A DNA stretch of 64,000 nucleotides, taken from Heteronotia binoei (taxonomy: Eukaryota). Shown one piece after another: positions 60,200 to 64,000 of this stretch. Made by a program: the position numbers and the translations under genes. Position 1 is the first letter of the stretch, and every line of letters starts with the position of its first letter. The stretch covers positions 96,286,001-96,350,000 of the forward strand of contig NC_083230.1 in NCBI RefSeq assembly GCF_032191835.1, given 5' to 3'. The notes under the pieces are model-generated. The model had not been told where the DNA came from. It did no database searches and was given only the letters and a program-made list of their open reading frames with translations.

Positions 60200-61270
60200 A
60201 CAAAAGCAGAAAGGGCCTCAGTGATCTCTACAAAATGCTCTTTCTGGGCAGTAGGGGGACCAGAAGAATTGACATGAGGGGGGCCTGCAGTGGTAGGTGT
60301 TGATCAGCAGAAGATGGCAATTTAGTCTGAATCCAACTCCCTGCCTTCGATAAGTTCATGTATACATCAGGGTGTATATATAATAACCTTTCAGTAGGGC
60401 CTGAATCAGAGATGTGTATGCACCTCTCCAAGAAATTGTGCTAGCTTCATCCAGTCCCCTTTTGCTTCCCTTGAAACTCCCCAGATTTTAAAATCACCTT
60501 GAAATTTAACTTTAGGAGAAATTTATTGGCAAACCCATTCCCGTTTCATATTGACTTTCCTTGACCGTATAGCGGGTCTCCTCAAAAGTCTCTTCCAGAC
60601 ATGCAGTAGGACACACAGGTCACAACTTGATCAACAATTTGTATTAATCCAAAAACAAAATCCATGTCATACTGTTTATTAAAACCAACCAAAATAATGC
60701 CACAGTATACAGGCTTCTTCTCTAAAGAATCTCTTACCTAAGTGAAAATACCAATCCTGACTTTCTTCCACTTCATTGGAGTAGAAGAGTCCAAGAGGTA
60801 TCACTTTTATGTTTTCACAGAGTACCCCTTTCAGAAACAGCTGCCTCAGCTGTAGGGGGATACTGTGGCATTATTTTGGATTTAAACATTTGGAAAGCCA
60901 GGAGATGGATTATGGCACTTCAACTCTACTGAATCTATGAGTGCAAAAGATGATCCCTTGAAGAAGGATACTTCTGAAACTAAATTGGACCGGTTCTTTT
61001 ATCATTCGTTGGACTACAGTTAAAATGGCATGATTCTTTGGACAGTAGTTGGGTTGTGCATAGGATGGTTTATTATCTGTATCACTGAATTGTTTATGAG
61101 TTTACAAAAATCACTTATTGTGGATTATACTGAGTATTTTCTACAATGGAGTGAGTGTGTTGTTTTTCTCCGGTTAAATGTTGAAGGCAAGGGGTAAGCT
61201 CGTAAATGAATCACAGAATAATCTTTAAATTGTTATTATAGTATATTTATTTTATATACAAATGTTGTAT
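60200..61270. pseudogene. Decayed L1/Tx1-clade ORF2 C-terminus with 5' part inverted
   Basis: Minus 60740-60200: FGLIQI, TFEE, W....GDWMK, KVII.YTP, FWS..CP; plus 60742-61020: KIP....IG, LKH(W)KSQE, DRF...LDY, then T-rich UTR. Confidence 0.45.
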
Positions 61271-61589
61271 CTGACAGTTCCAGATGTAAGGTGAGGTTCT
61301 AACATTAACAGCAACCTTGAAGACTATGAAAATGTACTACAATATGGAGAGTGCATTGTTGTTGGTTTGTTGGGGTAACACTTCATGTCTGTGGTTTTGT
61401 ACAAAAATCTTGAGAGTTGTCTCTCAACAGTGAGGGCTGACTTATTCTTTATTATAGGAAACAGAGTGAATGGACCCCTTAAGTTTGATGCTGGAGTGTT
61501 GTTGAACCTTGTTATATTCATTGTGTGAAGTTGTAGGGAGAATAAGAGTTACTTGACAATTTTACACAAAGGTTCATTTTGCAATTTTC

Positions 61590-61830
61590 ATGACTCTATA
61601 GCCTGTGGCCCCATAGTCAGTGCCAGAGTTCCTGGTGCCCTAGGCCCTGCCTCTGCCCTAGGCAAACCCGGGAAGGTGAGGGTGGGGTGGGACGGTACGC
61701 ATACCATCACATTGCCCTGCCGGGAAGGTGAGAGCAATGGGGCAGGAGGAGGGGGCATCCAGCGGTGCCCCTGTAAGCCAGGTGGTGCCCTAAGTGGCAG
61801 CCTACCTGGCCTAATCCTATGGACTGGTCC
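61590..61830. mobile_element. Tip100-like GC-rich MITE
   Basis: gccctaggc...ggtgccctaagtggcagcctacc motifs shared with the 42354 element. Confidence 0.4.
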
Positions 61831-62680
61831 TGCACATAGTTTGCATAGAGGTGTTCCACTATGACAGTTGACCTCTGAGCAATCCTTGTTTTTGATCTTC
61901 AGTGCTTGAAAGGCAAACTAGGGAGGTGCTCTATCATCGCACCAGTGTGTAATGTCCCTTCTGACAAAAACTGGAAGTGATGTCATGTGGGGGGAGATGC
62001 TCTAGGATTTGTCAAAACCACAGAGTTTTTGAGAACCATAGAGAATCTATGGTTAAACCATAGAGTTTTTGAGAATCCAAAGTACCCCCTGGGCATCATG
62101 ATGACAAATCCAGGTTTTGCTGAAAGTGACGTCACATGCTGATGTGATGCCAAAGTGCCTGTCCCTGCTCCCAAGTGCTCCAATAAGTTTTTGGATGTGG
62201 CCTGGCAACCTTTGCAGCATCCCATCCTGTATTTCCCCTTCCTGCTTCCTTCCTTCACCCCCTTCATTCCCCTTCTTCTCCACTTCTTTCCACCACACAA
62301 TTATCCTTACTTGATTCTTCTTTATTTGAAGTGTGGGCTTCTTCTCACCTTACTTCCTTTAACAAGTTTATTTTTTTTTCACAAATGCAAGATAAAGGGA
62401 TTGAATACTGAGGGAGTCCTCAGTAGGAGGAATGCCAGAGGAAAACACTCATAATCATTAAACGTATTTATAAAAGGACATCTGTTTATTGCACGTATTC
62501 ATAAGAGAGAAAACAGAAAGAAAATCACAGCTAAAATGCTTCTTTATTACCCAGACACCTTGTTTACTTCACAAAGTAGGAGTCTTGCCAGGGCTGAGGC
62601 AAGCAAGGCCTCCTAGGTAAGAAGCTGGCATTCGTAATGGTGAAGACAGTGAGGCCTGGTTGAACTTGTGTTCCTTTGGG

Positions 62681-62850
62681 GTTGCTAGCAGTCCTGGTAA
62701 CTGTTGCCATGACGACTAGATGAGCATCAGTTGCCTTCTTCCTCTCCCCCCCCCCCCCACTCCTCTTGAGGCAGCAAGAAAACACAGCAGTCGCCAAATG
62801 CAGCTCGTGAGCAAAAATGGTTTTTAAAAAAAACTGGGTTGCCCAGACAC
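62681..62850. promoter_or_regulatory. Cluster of RFX X-box-like motifs
   Basis: gttgctagca (62681), gttgccatgacgac (62703-62716), gttgcccagacac (62838-62850) in repeat-free DNA. Confidence 0.3.
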
Positions 62851-63464
62851 ATGCACCCTTTTTTGCTAATGTCTCTTGGAAAGCATCAACAACACAATCT
62901 CTCTTTCTCTCTCTCCATCTCGCTTGCTGAGTCTGCTGTCAGATTTACTGGGAGAAGGAAGAGGAAGGGAAGGATGTGGGGGAATTTTTATAGGAAAAGC
63001 TTGCCATTTCCACAAATCACTTTCTCTAGATATAAAGCAGTCTTTTCTAATTCTCCTGAAGAGATGCTCATAAGTCATTTCAAGTGATTAATTGTTGTCA
63101 TTTCTGTGAGGGCTTCCATGTGCAGAAAATGCTCTAGATTCTTGATTCTTTTGCATTGATGCAGTAGAGTACTGAATACACCCTTCAGCAATGCCATGAT
63201 CTGTTTGTGAATGGTAACAACACATTTGGTAAGTTAAAAAGGTATTGTATACGCCAAGGGCTCTTACAATATAACAAAAACAAGTGCCCCAAAAAGTGAT
63301 AAATAAAACAATCATAAAAGCCTAATAAAATTGAAAACAATGTTAAAAATTCAAGGACCACAAGATCACATAAATTGTAGCACGTTAAATGTCGAGCAAA
63401 AATTTCATGTGGTTTTTCTTAGTAGCTAGTGCATACAGAGCTATCATAAATGTATCATATATGG

Positions 63465-63742
63465 AGAGCCAGTTTGGTGTAGTGGTTAAGTGTGTGGACT
63501 CTTATCTGGGAGAACCGGGTTTGATTTCCCACTCCTCCACTTGCAGCTGCTGGAATGGCCTTGGGTCAGCCATAGCTCTTGTCCTTAAAAGGACAGCTGC
63601 TGAAAGAGCTCTCTCAGCCCTACCTACATCACAGGGCGTCTGTTGTGGGGGGCAGGGGGAAGGTAAAGGAGATTATGACTGCTCTGAGACTCTGAGATTC
63701 AGAATATAGGGCGGGATATAAATCCAATATCTTCTTCTTCTT
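63465..63742 (+). mobile_element. Young Squam3-like SINE
   Basis: Head agagccagtttggtgtagtgg; tail agggcgggatataaatccaatatcttcttc. Confidence 0.88.
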
Positions 63743-64000
63743 AACAGGATGTCTTTGTCAGATAAGAGGATACATTATTTTATTTATCTGAGTATGAAGT
63801 TAGCCTGGCTAAAATGGCTGCAAGAAATTTGGACCTGGGAGTCAAGTAAAGATGGCAAAACAAGACATAGTATAGAAGGCCCTCCAGTTCTGGACTTCTG
63901 CAGATACATTCTGGAGCTAAGCTGGTATAATGTCTGACTTTGTGAAGCTGGTATGATTTATTCCATCCTCTCCTAGCATTGTGAGACTGTAGAGCTATAG

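Noticed and set aside
1-64000. CRISPR array, operon or other prokaryotic or viral system
   Set aside because: No regularly spaced repeat-spacer array or gene-dense block; all repeats are explained by vertebrate transposons

Overview
Vertebrate genomic DNA from a short-read assembly with three N gaps. The repeat repertoire points to a squamate, most likely a gecko (inference): Sauria SINE, Squam3/MIR-like SINEs, 5S-derived SINEs, Bov-B, CR1, L2, Penelope termini, and hAT and Harbinger MITEs. I could not recognise any host protein-coding exon, so the window reads as a gene desert or a very large intron. It is dense in transposons and contains several repeat-free islands that look like conserved non-coding regulatory elements. 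The only long intact reading frame is a young, CpG-rich, 5'-truncated L2-clade LINE ORF2 (endonuclease plus reverse transcriptase, 945 aa, 31502-34339, minus strand). Its 3' end is shared with the youngest SINE family in the window. Other notable structures are: a fold-back template-switch duplication at 26796-27338; a four-layer nested insertion hotspot inside a 5S-derived SINE (43180-45030); decayed R4/Dong, Penelope and inverted L1 fossils that the ORF track does not show; hammerhead-like cores in Penelope termini; a hairpin at the 5' junction of a Bov-B insertion; and a MITE family that spreads octamer plus CACCC motif pairs. I found no clear evidence of a wholly new biological system. Family names are assigned by eye from recalled consensus features, not from database searches, and many boundaries are approximate.
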